From: Candidatus Binatia bacterium
Lineage (GTDB): Bacteria > Desulfobacterota > Binatia > UBA9968
NCBI GenBank assembly: GCA_036504975.1
Contig: DASXUF010000173.1
Coordinates: 2,745-66,744 of the forward strand
Length of the DNA: 64,000 nt
Direction: 5' to 3'
In this document: positions 46,801-55,533 of the stretch, piece after piece
Layout: every line of letters begins with the position of its first letter
How positions within the stretch are numbered: position 1 is the stretch's first letter
Notes under the pieces: model-generated
The model's database searches: none
The model's input: only the letters and a program-made list of their open reading frames with translations
Told to the model about the DNA's origin: nothing
Translations under genes and position numbers: made by a program

Positions 46801-47276
46801 TCCAGAGCGACGGCAAAAAGCTGAAGCAGATTCTGGAGAACTTGATCCACAACGCCATCAAGTTCACCGACCAGGGCTGTGTGACCGTCTCGGCGAAGAT
46901 AACAGAAGGCGGTATGCGGAAAGCAGTAAGCAGCGGGCACGAAGCTGAGATTCTGCCTGCTGCCGACCGCCTGCTGGCTACGGGGAGGCGGTGGCTGGAG
47001 TTGCGGGTTGCGGACACCGGGCGCGGGATTCCGGCGCAAGCGCTGTCCATTATTTTCGAAAAATTTCGCCAGGCGGACAGCTCCGAGACCCGGCGCTACG
47101 GCGGCGTCGGCCTGGGACTTTATATCGTCAAGAACTTTACCGAACTCCTCGGCGGCGCGGTCGAGGTCGAGACCGAGGAAGGAAAGGGATCGATCTTTAC
47201 TGTGACGATTCCTTGCACGGTCTCGTCTTCGGCTGCGGAACGCCCGGAGGAATCCAAAAGGCTGAAATCCGCGTGA
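43821..47276 (+). CDS. cytoplasmic sensor histidine kinase with five tandem GAF domains + HisKA + HATPase_c (HK3)
   Basis: 1151 aa; same module grammar as HK1. H-box LSVMSHELRTPLNVVMGYTAMI. Confidence 0.85.
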   Translation: MKSKKKTAALAERIAERNSDLSALAREQQALNMIAQAVSQSLHRDELLEIALDKVLEVTGRERGTIRLKDSVTGDVKLSAHRGFSEEEIAELRRNMPHRISEQIFASGQPLVVNDRAELRNTQSLLPQSRSVAWIPIKARQKVVGVLGVSAGRPIPFRQREVDLLQAVGSVIGVAIENARLFEETGRRARELAALHAVTAAVSGSFDLDQILLKGLDAVLEVTEMEVGYIQFLDGHPPRLLLKAHRGMSELFLTRFQGRVRPGGKTEQIIATRQPLVLENIPADHVGKFSGERVTAAAWVPITSKDKVIGVLTISTKTRPTFPLAHLPLLASIGNTLGVALENARLFEETKQRAHEQAVLSAVAMAMSESLQLDELLRIALDRVLEVTGREQGYIRLKDPVTGNLTLAAHRGVSENYLQTLLHGRTPGGKSDRVFKSGEPLVINDPEGFQLKEQTRREGNRSFVWVPLKVGGKTVGIVNVSTSRPLPFQPREVELLKAIGNVIGVALENARLFNETERSLERIRALREIDQAITTSLDLRTILDVLMEKIDLVLPYAAATVRLHNKESGFLEPVACRNLDEEEWKKAQWKGGRGIANVVFEKRAPLIIRNAQADARVLDAAFYRKHSLTSYVGVPLRVKDEVLGVLGFYTKEEHEFTGEEVEFLMTLAGQAAIAIHKSQLYEEARTREKEMQETNRMLSALHAVAAAASQSLDLDRVVRAAIEKITEILGFDATQIHVYNGRSDELVMRAYYEMDPKLFVSVRAFKVGQGIVGKVAESGQPLIFEDVLTDPLYQSLSRTKASYQLGYHFFAVFPIRGKLRSLGTLACTGIDSRRLSSGEVQLLEAMADQIAVAIENTGLYEQLTQKVDELQFKTEELQRANKVKDEFLSVMSHELRTPLNVVMGYTAMIKDQMVGAVNPEQSQILEKLMSRVRSQLDMVNSILQATQIQAATVALEREEVKLKDLLDGLKSDHSANLTKPLTLIWDYPRDLPAIQSDGKKLKQILENLIHNAIKFTDQGCVTVSAKITEGGMRKAVSSGHEAEILPAADRLLATGRRWLELRVADTGRGIPAQALSIIFEKFRQADSSETRRYGGVGLGLYIVKNFTELLGGAVEVETEEGKGSIFTVTIPCTVSSSAAERPEESKRLKSA

Positions 47277-47286
47277 TGGTGGACGA

Positions 47287-49530
47287 ATGAATAGATTTTC
47301 CTTCTCGGGGCTCCGCGTCCGCTTGATCCTGCTGGTTCTTTTGGCCGTGATCCCGGCCTTGGGACTGATCTTCTACGCGGCCTCTGCGCCGGACGAGCAT
47401 AACATGGCGCACAGTCTGGTTTGGCTCATGATCGTTTTGCTGTTGACCCTGGCCGGCGCTTGGTGGGGCGGTAACTGGCTGATCGTCGGGCAATTGAAGA
47501 GATTGATGGAAGCGACTGAAAAGCTCGGCACCGGTGATCTCGACGCGCGGGTTGCCGTTTCGAACGGCGACGGCGAGCTGCAAAAACTTGCCCGAGGGTT
47601 CAATCAAATGGCCGAAGGCCTGCAACGTCGCGACGCCGAGACGAAGCTGGCGCAAAGCGAGCTCAAGCGGCTGCTGCGGCAGAGCACGGCGCTGCGCGAG
47701 ATCAACCTCGCCGTCACCTCGAGTCTGGATTTACGCGCGGTATTGGGGGTCTTGATGGAGAAAATCCAGATCCTGCTTCCTTACGCCGTGCTTCTCGTCT
47801 GGCTCAGGAACCGCGAGACCGGAGAACTGGAGCGGACGGCTTGCTGGAACATCGATGAAGCCGACTGGAAGCGGCGGAAGAACAAGGACGCGCCGCCGAT
47901 TATCAAAGCGGCGATTGAAAATCAGAGTCCGGTTTCCGTCCTCGACGTGCCCACCGATCCCCGGACCGAGAATCCGGAGTTCTACCGCCGGAACGGCGTG
48001 GTCTCCTATCTCGGAGTCCCCCTGATCGTCAAAGGCGAGGCGCTGGGGGTTTTGGCCTTTCTGACACGCGAGCGGCACGAATTCACCGCCGAGGAGGTAG
48101 AGTTCTTGTCCTCCCTGGCGGGCCAGGCGGCGGTGGCGATCCATAACTCTCAGCTTCACGAGCAGAGCAAAAGACAGGCGGTCGAGCTCGAGAAAGCGAA
48201 CAAGGATTTAAGTCGAAAGGAAGCGATCCAGGCGCTGCTCAAGGAGCTAAGCCAGGACATCGCGTCTCAGGACGTGGGAAGCTTGCTTAAAAAGCTCACC
48301 GACAAAGTGTGCGAGTTCTTCAAAGTGGACATCGCCGACGTGCGCATCATCGACAACGGCGTGCCGCGCATCCTCGGCGTCTCCGGCGTCGACGAAGAGA
48401 AGATGCGGCTCGGCAGCACCGGCAGCGGCAGAGGCGCATCGGGATGGATCGTCGCAAACCGCAGACCGCTCGCGATAGCGGACTTGACGAAAGTAAAAAA
48501 TCCTCCGATCGGCCGGACGACGCGCCGCATCGGCATCCACGGCTATCTTGCCGTGCCGTTTTTTTCCCGCAGCGGAGAAGTCCTGGGCGTTCTCCGGGCG
48601 TTGACCTACCGGCCGAGAGAGTTTCTCCAGGAGGAAATAGATCTGTTGCAGCAGATGACCAACGGCGCCGCCATCGCGTTGGAAAACGCCCGGCTTCTGG
48701 AGCAGACCCAGACCCAGGCGGCCGAGCTCAGGCAGGCGAACAAGGTCAAGAACGAGTTTCTGGGCTTCGTGTCGCACGAGCTGAGGACGCCGGTGAACGT
48801 CATCATGGGTTATGCGGCGATCCTGCAAAGCAAGATGCTGGGCGAGATCAACGCCGAGCAGGACAACGCGCTGGAAAAAATGAGCGTCAATTCGAAAGAG
48901 CTGCTGAGCATGATCGAACTGCTTTTGGAGGCGACCAAGATCGAGGCCGGCGCCGCGGCGGTGGAGATCGCGGAAGTCAATTTGTCCGATTTTCTCGAGG
49001 ATCTAAAATCCGCCTACTCCATTCCGTTGAAGAAGCAGATACGTCTGGATTGGGATTGGCCCAAGAACTTTCCCGTTATAAAAACCGACCGCGAGAAGCT
49101 GAGACACATCCTGCTGAACGTCATCGGCAACGCGGTCAAATATACCGAGCAGGGCAGCGTCGGCGTTTCGGCGCGCTATCTGGTCGAACAGGGGCGGGTC
49201 GAGTTCGAAGTCACGGACACCGGGATCGGCATTCCGAAAGAGGAGCTGCCGCGCATCTTCGAGATGTTCTCTCAAGTCCGCAGCGCCCGGTCCAAGTCTT
49301 CCGGCGGAGTGGGCCTCGGCCTTCACATCGTCAAGAAGTTTACCGAGCTGCTCGGCGGAGACATCCGCGTGACGAGCGAAGAGGGCAAAGGATCGACGTT
49401 TGCGATAAGGTTGCCCACCGGCGGCCAGGCCGGGCAGGCGCCCGACCGTCAGGACTTTCGCGCGGATGAATCTTCGGCTGCGCGAGAAAAAGAAAGCGCC
49501 GAGCGTCCGGTCCCGGCGGGGGATTCTTGA
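47287..49530 (+). CDS. membrane sensor histidine kinase: 2 TM + HAMP + 2 GAF + HisKA + HATPase_c (HK4)
   Basis: 747 aa. Two hydrophobic helices, HAMP (GDLDARVAVSNGDGELQKLARGFNQMAEGL), H-box FVSHELRTPVNVIMGYAAIL. Confidence 0.85.
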   Translation: MNRFSFSGLRVRLILLVLLAVIPALGLIFYAASAPDEHNMAHSLVWLMIVLLLTLAGAWWGGNWLIVGQLKRLMEATEKLGTGDLDARVAVSNGDGELQKLARGFNQMAEGLQRRDAETKLAQSELKRLLRQSTALREINLAVTSSLDLRAVLGVLMEKIQILLPYAVLLVWLRNRETGELERTACWNIDEADWKRRKNKDAPPIIKAAIENQSPVSVLDVPTDPRTENPEFYRRNGVVSYLGVPLIVKGEALGVLAFLTRERHEFTAEEVEFLSSLAGQAAVAIHNSQLHEQSKRQAVELEKANKDLSRKEAIQALLKELSQDIASQDVGSLLKKLTDKVCEFFKVDIADVRIIDNGVPRILGVSGVDEEKMRLGSTGSGRGASGWIVANRRPLAIADLTKVKNPPIGRTTRRIGIHGYLAVPFFSRSGEVLGVLRALTYRPREFLQEEIDLLQQMTNGAAIALENARLLEQTQTQAAELRQANKVKNEFLGFVSHELRTPVNVIMGYAAILQSKMLGEINAEQDNALEKMSVNSKELLSMIELLLEATKIEAGAAAVEIAEVNLSDFLEDLKSAYSIPLKKQIRLDWDWPKNFPVIKTDREKLRHILLNVIGNAVKYTEQGSVGVSARYLVEQGRVEFEVTDTGIGIPKEELPRIFEMFSQVRSARSKSSGGVGLGLHIVKKFTELLGGDIRVTSEEGKGSTFAIRLPTGGQAGQAPDRQDFRADESSAAREKESAERPVPAGDS

Positions 49531-49545
49531 GGGAGGCCTCAGAGT

Positions 49546-51642
49546 TTGATGGAAGTTAACGCTCTCGTTCGAATCAGTCGAGTCATGCGACGCGCTCTCG
49601 GACAGGCGCGTGCCGCGGTCGCCTACCTGATTTACGAGCACACGATTCTCCTGCTGACCGTCATGTTTTGCGCCGCAGGGGCGGCGACGCTGTGGCATTT
49701 GTCCCGCCTGTCGGCAACTCTAGTCGAGTCCGGAGCGTTACAGGGAACCGTGCTCTATTCCGGATCTCTCACCGAGCTGCGCACCTTCTATGGCTCCGAG
49801 GTCGTGGATAGGGTCAGGTCGCGCGGCATCGAGGCCACCCACGACTACGCCGGCAAACAAGGCGCAATCCCGATTCCGGCGACATTCACGATCGAGTTCG
49901 GCAAGCACATGGGCGCGATCAGCCCCGGGATGCAGATCCGCCTCTACAGCGATTATCCTTTTCCGTTCAGGAAAGACGGCGGTCCGAGAGATGGTTTCGA
50001 GCGCGACGCTCTTCTGGAGCTGAGAAAAAATCCCGGCCAACCTTATTTTCGTTTTGAAGATTTCCAGGGCAGAGCGTCCTTGCGCTATGCCACCGCGGTC
50101 CAACTGCGCGCCGGGTGCGTCTCCTGCCACAACACTCATCCCGAGAGCCCCAAGATCGATTGGCAGGTCGGCGACGTAAGAGGAGTCCAGGAGATTATTC
50201 GCCCCTTGGACAGCGCCATCGCCGAGACCCGCTCGGGCCTCCAAAGCACCTTTGTCCTTCTCGGCACGATGGGACTTTTGGGAGTGGGCGGCCTAGCCAT
50301 GGTGATCGGCAGGATGCGCCGCACCTCGGTGGAGTTGCAGCAGCGGGTCGCCGAGCGCACCGCCGCCGAGGCCCGTTTGGCGGCGTTACATGAAATCAAT
50401 CTGGCCGCGACCTCGACCCTGGATCTGCCTAACGTCTTGAGAGTGTTGTTGGAAAAAATCGGCGTCTTCCTACCCTATGCCGCGGCCACCGTCCGTTTAT
50501 TCAATGAAGCGAGCGGTCTCCTGGAGCCGATTGCCTGCCTGAACCTCGACGAAGAGGAATGGAAGGAAGAGCAATGGAAAGGCGGCCGCGGATTGCCGAA
50601 CGTGATCTTCAAAAATAGGGTGCCTTGGATGGTGCGGAATATTCAAACCGACTCGCGCGTCCAGGACCCCGATTTTTTTCGCCGGCAGGGTTTGGTTTCC
50701 TATCTGGGAGTTCCTTTGATCGTGAAAGACGAGATCTTCGGGGTCATTTCCTTTTATACGAAAAAAGAGCACGATTTCAGCGACGACGAAATCGAATTTC
50801 TCAACACGCTCGTCGGACAGGCGGCCATCGCGATCAATAATTCGCAGCTCTTCGAGCAGACCCGAAGCCAGGCGGTCGCGATGGAGAAATCAAACAAGGT
50901 CAAGGACGAATTTTTGAGCGTCATGTCGCATGAGCTGAGAACTCCGTTGAATGTGGTCATCGGCTATACCGGACTGATGAAAGAAGGAATATTGGGCGCC
51001 GTCAGCGAAGAGCAAACCAAAGCCTTGGACAAAATCGGCGATCGGGCCAAGGACCAATTGACCATGATCGACAGTATTTTGTTCGCTACTTCGGTCGAGA
51101 CCCGCGAGATCAAGGCGGAGTCCCAGGAGTTGAACCTGGCGGCGTTTCTCGACGATCTCAAGTCAAGCTATGAAGTTTCGGTGGAAACGCGAATCCGTCT
51201 GAATTGGATCTACGCGGCGGATTTGCCGGTGGTCCAGTTAGACGTGGCAAAGCTGAGACACGTCCTGCAAAATCTCATCAATAATGCACTCAAGTTCACC
51301 CGCGAGGGCGAGGTGGCGGTATCGGCGAGAATGATGGGAAACGGACAGCACGCAGGGGGCAATGGGTATCCGGCATTTATAGAATTCAAGGTGGCCGATA
51401 CCGGTATCGGCATTGCGGAGTCGCATGTGCAGGTCATCTTCGACAAGTTCCGCCAGGTGGACAGCTCCGAGACGAGACCGTACGGAGGCGTCGGCATCGG
51501 CCTTTACATCGTGAAAAAATTCACCGAGATGCTCGGCGGCACCGTCGATGTCGAGAGCAAGCCCGGCGAAGGATCGACGTTTACGGTCCGAGTGCCTTGC
51601 GCCGTCGCCAATGTTAAGGGTCAAGGCGCCGATTGGATATAA
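49546..51642 (+). CDS. sensor histidine kinase with periplasmic DUF3365 (CXXCH, putative heme-c) domain + GAF + HisKA + HATPase_c (HK5)
   Basis: 698 aa. N-terminal TM, periplasmic domain containing GCVSCHNTHPESPKIDW (CXXCH), second TM, then the conserved C-terminal GAF and kinase core. Confidence 0.85.
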   Translation: MMEVNALVRISRVMRRALGQARAAVAYLIYEHTILLLTVMFCAAGAATLWHLSRLSATLVESGALQGTVLYSGSLTELRTFYGSEVVDRVRSRGIEATHDYAGKQGAIPIPATFTIEFGKHMGAISPGMQIRLYSDYPFPFRKDGGPRDGFERDALLELRKNPGQPYFRFEDFQGRASLRYATAVQLRAGCVSCHNTHPESPKIDWQVGDVRGVQEIIRPLDSAIAETRSGLQSTFVLLGTMGLLGVGGLAMVIGRMRRTSVELQQRVAERTAAEARLAALHEINLAATSTLDLPNVLRVLLEKIGVFLPYAAATVRLFNEASGLLEPIACLNLDEEEWKEEQWKGGRGLPNVIFKNRVPWMVRNIQTDSRVQDPDFFRRQGLVSYLGVPLIVKDEIFGVISFYTKKEHDFSDDEIEFLNTLVGQAAIAINNSQLFEQTRSQAVAMEKSNKVKDEFLSVMSHELRTPLNVVIGYTGLMKEGILGAVSEEQTKALDKIGDRAKDQLTMIDSILFATSVETREIKAESQELNLAAFLDDLKSSYEVSVETRIRLNWIYAADLPVVQLDVAKLRHVLQNLINNALKFTREGEVAVSARMMGNGQHAGGNGYPAFIEFKVADTGIGIAESHVQVIFDKFRQVDSSETRPYGGVGIGLYIVKKFTEMLGGTVDVESKPGEGSTFTVRVPCAVANVKGQGADWI

Positions 51643-51838
51643 CCCGCCAAAACGTTTCCTTTTCCGCCGCTTTTTGTTTGAGGAACACAGGGACCGGCAT
51701 GCCGCCGCGATAGTTGCGGATTTGCGCAATTGAGCAAACGTGACAAAGCCGCTTTTTCTCAGGCCATCTGACCCGCCATAGGTTTTTCCGCGCGTCGGAG
51801 TAGAATTCAAATGAGACTTAGGAAAGGGGGACGAGCCC

Positions 51839-52735
51839 ATGGCGCTATCCGACGTTATTGGATGGGTTGAATACTTCATTAATTTGAGGCTTTTCGAGGT
51901 CAACAAAACAGCGATCACGCCCGCTTCGATCCTCATGTTTGTCGTCGTTATCGCGGTGTTTGGCGTGACTTCGCGTTTGCTGCAACGGCTGCTGAAGGCG
52001 CAACTTTTTTCTCACATGAGGATCGATGAGGGCATCCAGTATACTCTGATCCGCATCAGCCACTATCTCATCATGATCGTCGGCGCCGTAGTCGCCTTTC
52101 AGTTCATCGGCATCGATCTCACCGGCCTGGCGATCATTCTCGGCTTTTTATCCGTCGGCATCGGCTTTGGATTGCAGAACATCACTTCCAACTTCGTCGC
52201 CGGTCTTATTCTTCTTCTCGAGCGGCCGATCAAGGTCGGGGACAGGGTCATGGTCGGCGAGCAGGAAGGAGATGTGGTCGAAATCAAGATGCGCTCGACG
52301 ACGATTAACACCTTGAACAACGTCGCGTTGATCGTGCCGAATTCGGAGTTTGTTTCTGCGAAGCTGGAGAACTGGTCTTATGGCGACCAGAAGATCAGGC
52401 TGGACATCGACCTGGGCGTCTCGTACCGATCCGACCTGGAAACCGTTATCCGCTCTCTAAAGGAGGTGGCCGCAGAACATCCGGAGGTCCTGAAGCATCC
52501 CGCTCCCGATGTGCTGCATAGAGGATTCGGGGACTCGGCATGGAACATGCGGCTTCGGGTTTGGATCGGTCATCCGCGGCGGCATCTAGAGGTCGAATCG
52601 GATATCCATTGCGCGATTGTGCGAAAGTTCCAGCAGAACAGCGTGGAGATTCCGTTCCCCCAGCGCGACTTGCACGTGCGATCTCCTCTTCCGGTTCCCA
52701 TATCGACGGGCACTGAATTTCGACGCCCGGCTTAA
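51839..52735 (+). CDS. mechanosensitive ion channel family protein (MscS-like)
   Basis: 298 aa. TM helices and the MscS signature ...GFGLQNITSNFVAGLILLLERPIKVGDRV. Confidence 0.8.
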   Translation: MALSDVIGWVEYFINLRLFEVNKTAITPASILMFVVVIAVFGVTSRLLQRLLKAQLFSHMRIDEGIQYTLIRISHYLIMIVGAVVAFQFIGIDLTGLAIILGFLSVGIGFGLQNITSNFVAGLILLLERPIKVGDRVMVGEQEGDVVEIKMRSTTINTLNNVALIVPNSEFVSAKLENWSYGDQKIRLDIDLGVSYRSDLETVIRSLKEVAAEHPEVLKHPAPDVLHRGFGDSAWNMRLRVWIGHPRRHLEVESDIHCAIVRKFQQNSVEIPFPQRDLHVRSPLPVPISTGTEFRRPA

Positions 52736-52760
52736 TGTAGGGGGAAAGCGTAATTCCGCT

Positions 52761-53798
52761 CTAGATTTCGCTGCCGATCCCGGCTTCGCGTGCTTTGTCA
52801 TGCGCCAATCGGGCCAGAGCCATGAAGCCGACTCCCTGATCGCTGTTTTGTTTGAAGAGCGTGATCTGCTTTGCGTTTGAGCGGCCGGCGGCCTTTTGAG
52901 CCAGAAGAGAGCTTAGATCGTTGATATCTTCCCACTGAAGCAATCCTTTGCCGATCGGCTCGACAAAATCTCCCTGCTCGTCGTGAATGCCTTGCTGCCG
53001 CAAGGTCGCGATTATGACGTCGGCGCGAGTAAGAACTTTGTCGTCCAACTCCCGTCTCGGACTACTGACGAGTCCTTCCTGCAAAAGCTCCTTGTTGCTG
53101 CCAACGATCGACGTTACGTGCTGGCCTTCATCGAGCCAATCGCCGTACAGCACCGGTACGTTGCTCCCCGTGGCGCAGACGATCAAGTCGGAACCGACCG
53201 CAACATCGCGTGGATCGTCAACCGGCACGAGTTCAGCATCGACGTGCGGACGCATGAGATCGCAAAAGGTCTTGCGGTTCTCCCGGCTTCGGCTGAACAC
53301 TTTGACCTTTTGGATCGGCCGAAGTGTGCACATGACTTTTAAATGACGCCGGGCTTGGCGACCCGTGCCATAGAGGCCCAAGACCCGGCAATCTTCGCGC
53401 GCCAAATATTTCGTTCCCACCGCGCTGGTGATGGCCGTCTCGGTAGCGATATCGTTGTCGTCGAAATCGTAGAGAGGTATGCAACCGACGATGATCGTGA
53501 GAAGCGCCGCGGTCTCGCTGTCGTAAGCCATGTACACGCGCTTACCAACGGCGGCGTAGGTCTGATCCTCTTTGGTATAGCGATGACGTTCGTAGTGGAT
53601 GAACGTCCCGGCGACGCGCAGATCGACTGAGCCGCCCGAGTGGATGTTGATGCGCCGATCGCCCGCCATCATACGCTGGCGCGGCAGGCTGAATTGCGGA
53701 TGCCGTGCCTGATCGCGAAACCCATTCTCGACGGCGCTGATCGCCTCCTCGATCGAAATCAGCCCTTTCATCTCTTCCGCTTTGAGTAGTAGTGCCAT
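52761..53798 (-). CDS. ornithine cyclodeaminase / mu-crystallin family protein
   Basis: 345 aa. OCD family Rossmann core (GLYGTGRQARRHL). Call is family-level only. Confidence 0.7.
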   Translation of the reverse strand: MALLLKAEEMKGLISIEEAISAVENGFRDQARHPQFSLPRQRMMAGDRRINIHSGGSVDLRVAGTFIHYERHRYTKEDQTYAAVGKRVYMAYDSETAALLTIIVGCIPLYDFDDNDIATETAITSAVGTKYLAREDCRVLGLYGTGRQARRHLKVMCTLRPIQKVKVFSRSRENRKTFCDLMRPHVDAELVPVDDPRDVAVGSDLIVCATGSNVPVLYGDWLDEGQHVTSIVGSNKELLQEGLVSSPRRELDDKVLTRADVIIATLRQQGIHDEQGDFVEPIGKGLLQWEDINDLSSLLAQKAAGRSNAKQITLFKQNSDQGVGFMALARLAHDKAREAGIGSEI

Positions 53799-53951
53799 GC
53801 TATTCCTCCACGATGATGCATCCCTTACGTCTTTCGGTCTCTGAGGTCAAACGGATTATTTCCGCCCTATGTACCGCAAAAATCTGGAACATGACCGTGC
53901 GGCAAGCGAAGCAGGTCTTGACCGAGGGTCGACGTTCAGTTTCATTAAGGC

Positions 53952-54353
53952 ATGCAGAACGATGAACAATCGATTCGCGAGTTAGTCGCCGAATGGCAGG
54001 AGGCCGCCGCGGCCGGGAATTTATCGAGACTTCTCGAGTTAATGGCGGATGACGTCACCTTTTACGTAGTGGGTCAGCCGCCCATGCGCGGCAAGGAGGC
54101 GTTTGCGGCGGCGTTCCGAACCGCCGTGGAGCGTGTCCGCATCGAATCGACCGCAAAAATCGAAGAGCTCCAGATCGCAGGCAACTTCGCGCATCTGGCA
54201 AATTATCTAGTGGTGACGATGACGCCGCTCCACGGCGGGTCAATCATGCGCCGGTCGGGGCACACGCTCACGATCCTGCGCAAGGAAGTCGATGGGCGTT
54301 GGATCCTATTCCGCGATGCCAACATGCTGGCGCCGGAAAAATCGAATGCGTGA
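53952..54353 (+). CDS. SgcJ/EcaC-like NTF2-fold protein (DUF4440/SnoaL-like)
   Basis: 133 aa. IRELVAEWQEAAAAGNLSRLLELMADDVTFYV is a typical NTF2-like opening. Confidence 0.55.
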   Translation: MQNDEQSIRELVAEWQEAAAAGNLSRLLELMADDVTFYVVGQPPMRGKEAFAAAFRTAVERVRIESTAKIEELQIAGNFAHLANYLVVTMTPLHGGSIMRRSGHTLTILRKEVDGRWILFRDANMLAPEKSNA

Positions 54354-54391
54354 GACCTTACTATGACCGCGACTCTCGACGTAATTCTTTC

Positions 54392-55519
54392 ATGAAGCTT
54401 TCAAGCACGGCAGCCCTGGGATTTGTCTTTTGCCTTTGGCTGACGTCGGGCCACGCCGCCGAGTCCAAAGCGGCGTGGCAAGCGGAATGGGACGCGATCG
54501 TCGGAGAGGCGGCCAAGAAGGACGGGCAGATCGCGATCTACCACACCCGCGGTCCCTTCGAAAATGTCTTCGCCGAATTCTCTAAGCGTTATCCCGCGAT
54601 CAAGGTCGTCTCGGTCTCCGGACGAGGCGGCGAGCTGATCTCACGGATCATGACCGAGAGGAGGGCCGGCAAGCAGGTGGCCGACGTTTATTTGGGCGCA
54701 ACGGGCACGCCGATGGACGTTCTCTATCCGGGCAAAGTTTTGGAGCCGGTCCCGCCGCTGATGATCTTGCCCGAGGTCAAAGACGCGTCGAACTGGTTCC
54801 GAAAACAACACCACTACGCCGATCCCGAGGGCAAATACATTTTTGTTTTCGAAGGCGTGGTGCGCTCCGACATGGCTTACAACACCAAGCTGTTAGATCC
54901 CAAGGAGGTCGGCTCTTATTGGGACTTGGTGAAGCCCAAATGGAAAGGAAAGATCGCCGCGATGGATCCCAAGCTCTCGGGCTTCCCGAGCGGACTCCTT
55001 CAGTTCGCTTACTATCATCCCGAGCTCGGCGCGAAATTTTTAAGAAAACTCTTCGGCGAAATGGATGTCACTTTGTCGCGCGACGGCCGGCAGATTGTCG
55101 ATTGGCTCGCCGTGGGGAAATTCGCCATCGCGCTGGCGCCGTCTGCCAGCGACGTTCAGGCGGGCATGAAGCAGGGCCTGCCGTTGTCGCGGTTCGAGCC
55201 GCGGGTCTTTAAAGAAGGACTCTACATGCGCGCCACCCAGGGATCGCTCAGCGTCCTCAGCCAGTCACCGCATCCGAGCGCGACGAAGCTCTTCGTCAAC
55301 TGGCTCCTCTCGAAGGAAGGGCAGACGCACTATCAGAAGCAGTTTTTGCGAATCGATCCGATCTTCACTTTGCGCGAAGACGTCCCCGCAGATCCAGCCT
55401 TCGAGTCCTACCGGCCAAAGCCAGGCGACAAATTCATGGCCGTGTATCGCCCGGAATTTAGAGACCTCGATCCGGCGCTCAGGGTGATCGACGAGGTTTT
55501 GAAGCGTGTGGAGAGATAG
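54392..55519 (+). CDS. extracellular solute-binding protein family 1 (Fe3+-type ABC SBP) with signal peptide
   Basis: Start refined to MKLSSTAALGFVFCLWLTSGHA (ATG 54392). Motifs KWKGKIAAMDP and HPSATKLFVNWLLS. Paralog of 17952-19043 and 59780-60928. Confidence 0.75.
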   Translation: MKLSSTAALGFVFCLWLTSGHAAESKAAWQAEWDAIVGEAAKKDGQIAIYHTRGPFENVFAEFSKRYPAIKVVSVSGRGGELISRIMTERRAGKQVADVYLGATGTPMDVLYPGKVLEPVPPLMILPEVKDASNWFRKQHHYADPEGKYIFVFEGVVRSDMAYNTKLLDPKEVGSYWDLVKPKWKGKIAAMDPKLSGFPSGLLQFAYYHPELGAKFLRKLFGEMDVTLSRDGRQIVDWLAVGKFAIALAPSASDVQAGMKQGLPLSRFEPRVFKEGLYMRATQGSLSVLSQSPHPSATKLFVNWLLSKEGQTHYQKQFLRIDPIFTLREDVPADPAFESYRPKPGDKFMAVYRPEFRDLDPALRVIDEVLKRVER

Positions 55520-55533
55520 ATTTGGGTAGAATA

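Noticed and set aside
35590-47276. Possible CRISPR-like or tandem DNA repeats suggested by the periodic GAF units
   Set aside because: Periodicity is ~600 nt at protein-domain level with only ~60-70% nucleotide identity. There are no short identical direct repeats with unique spacers, and no cas genes, so this is not a CRISPR array.
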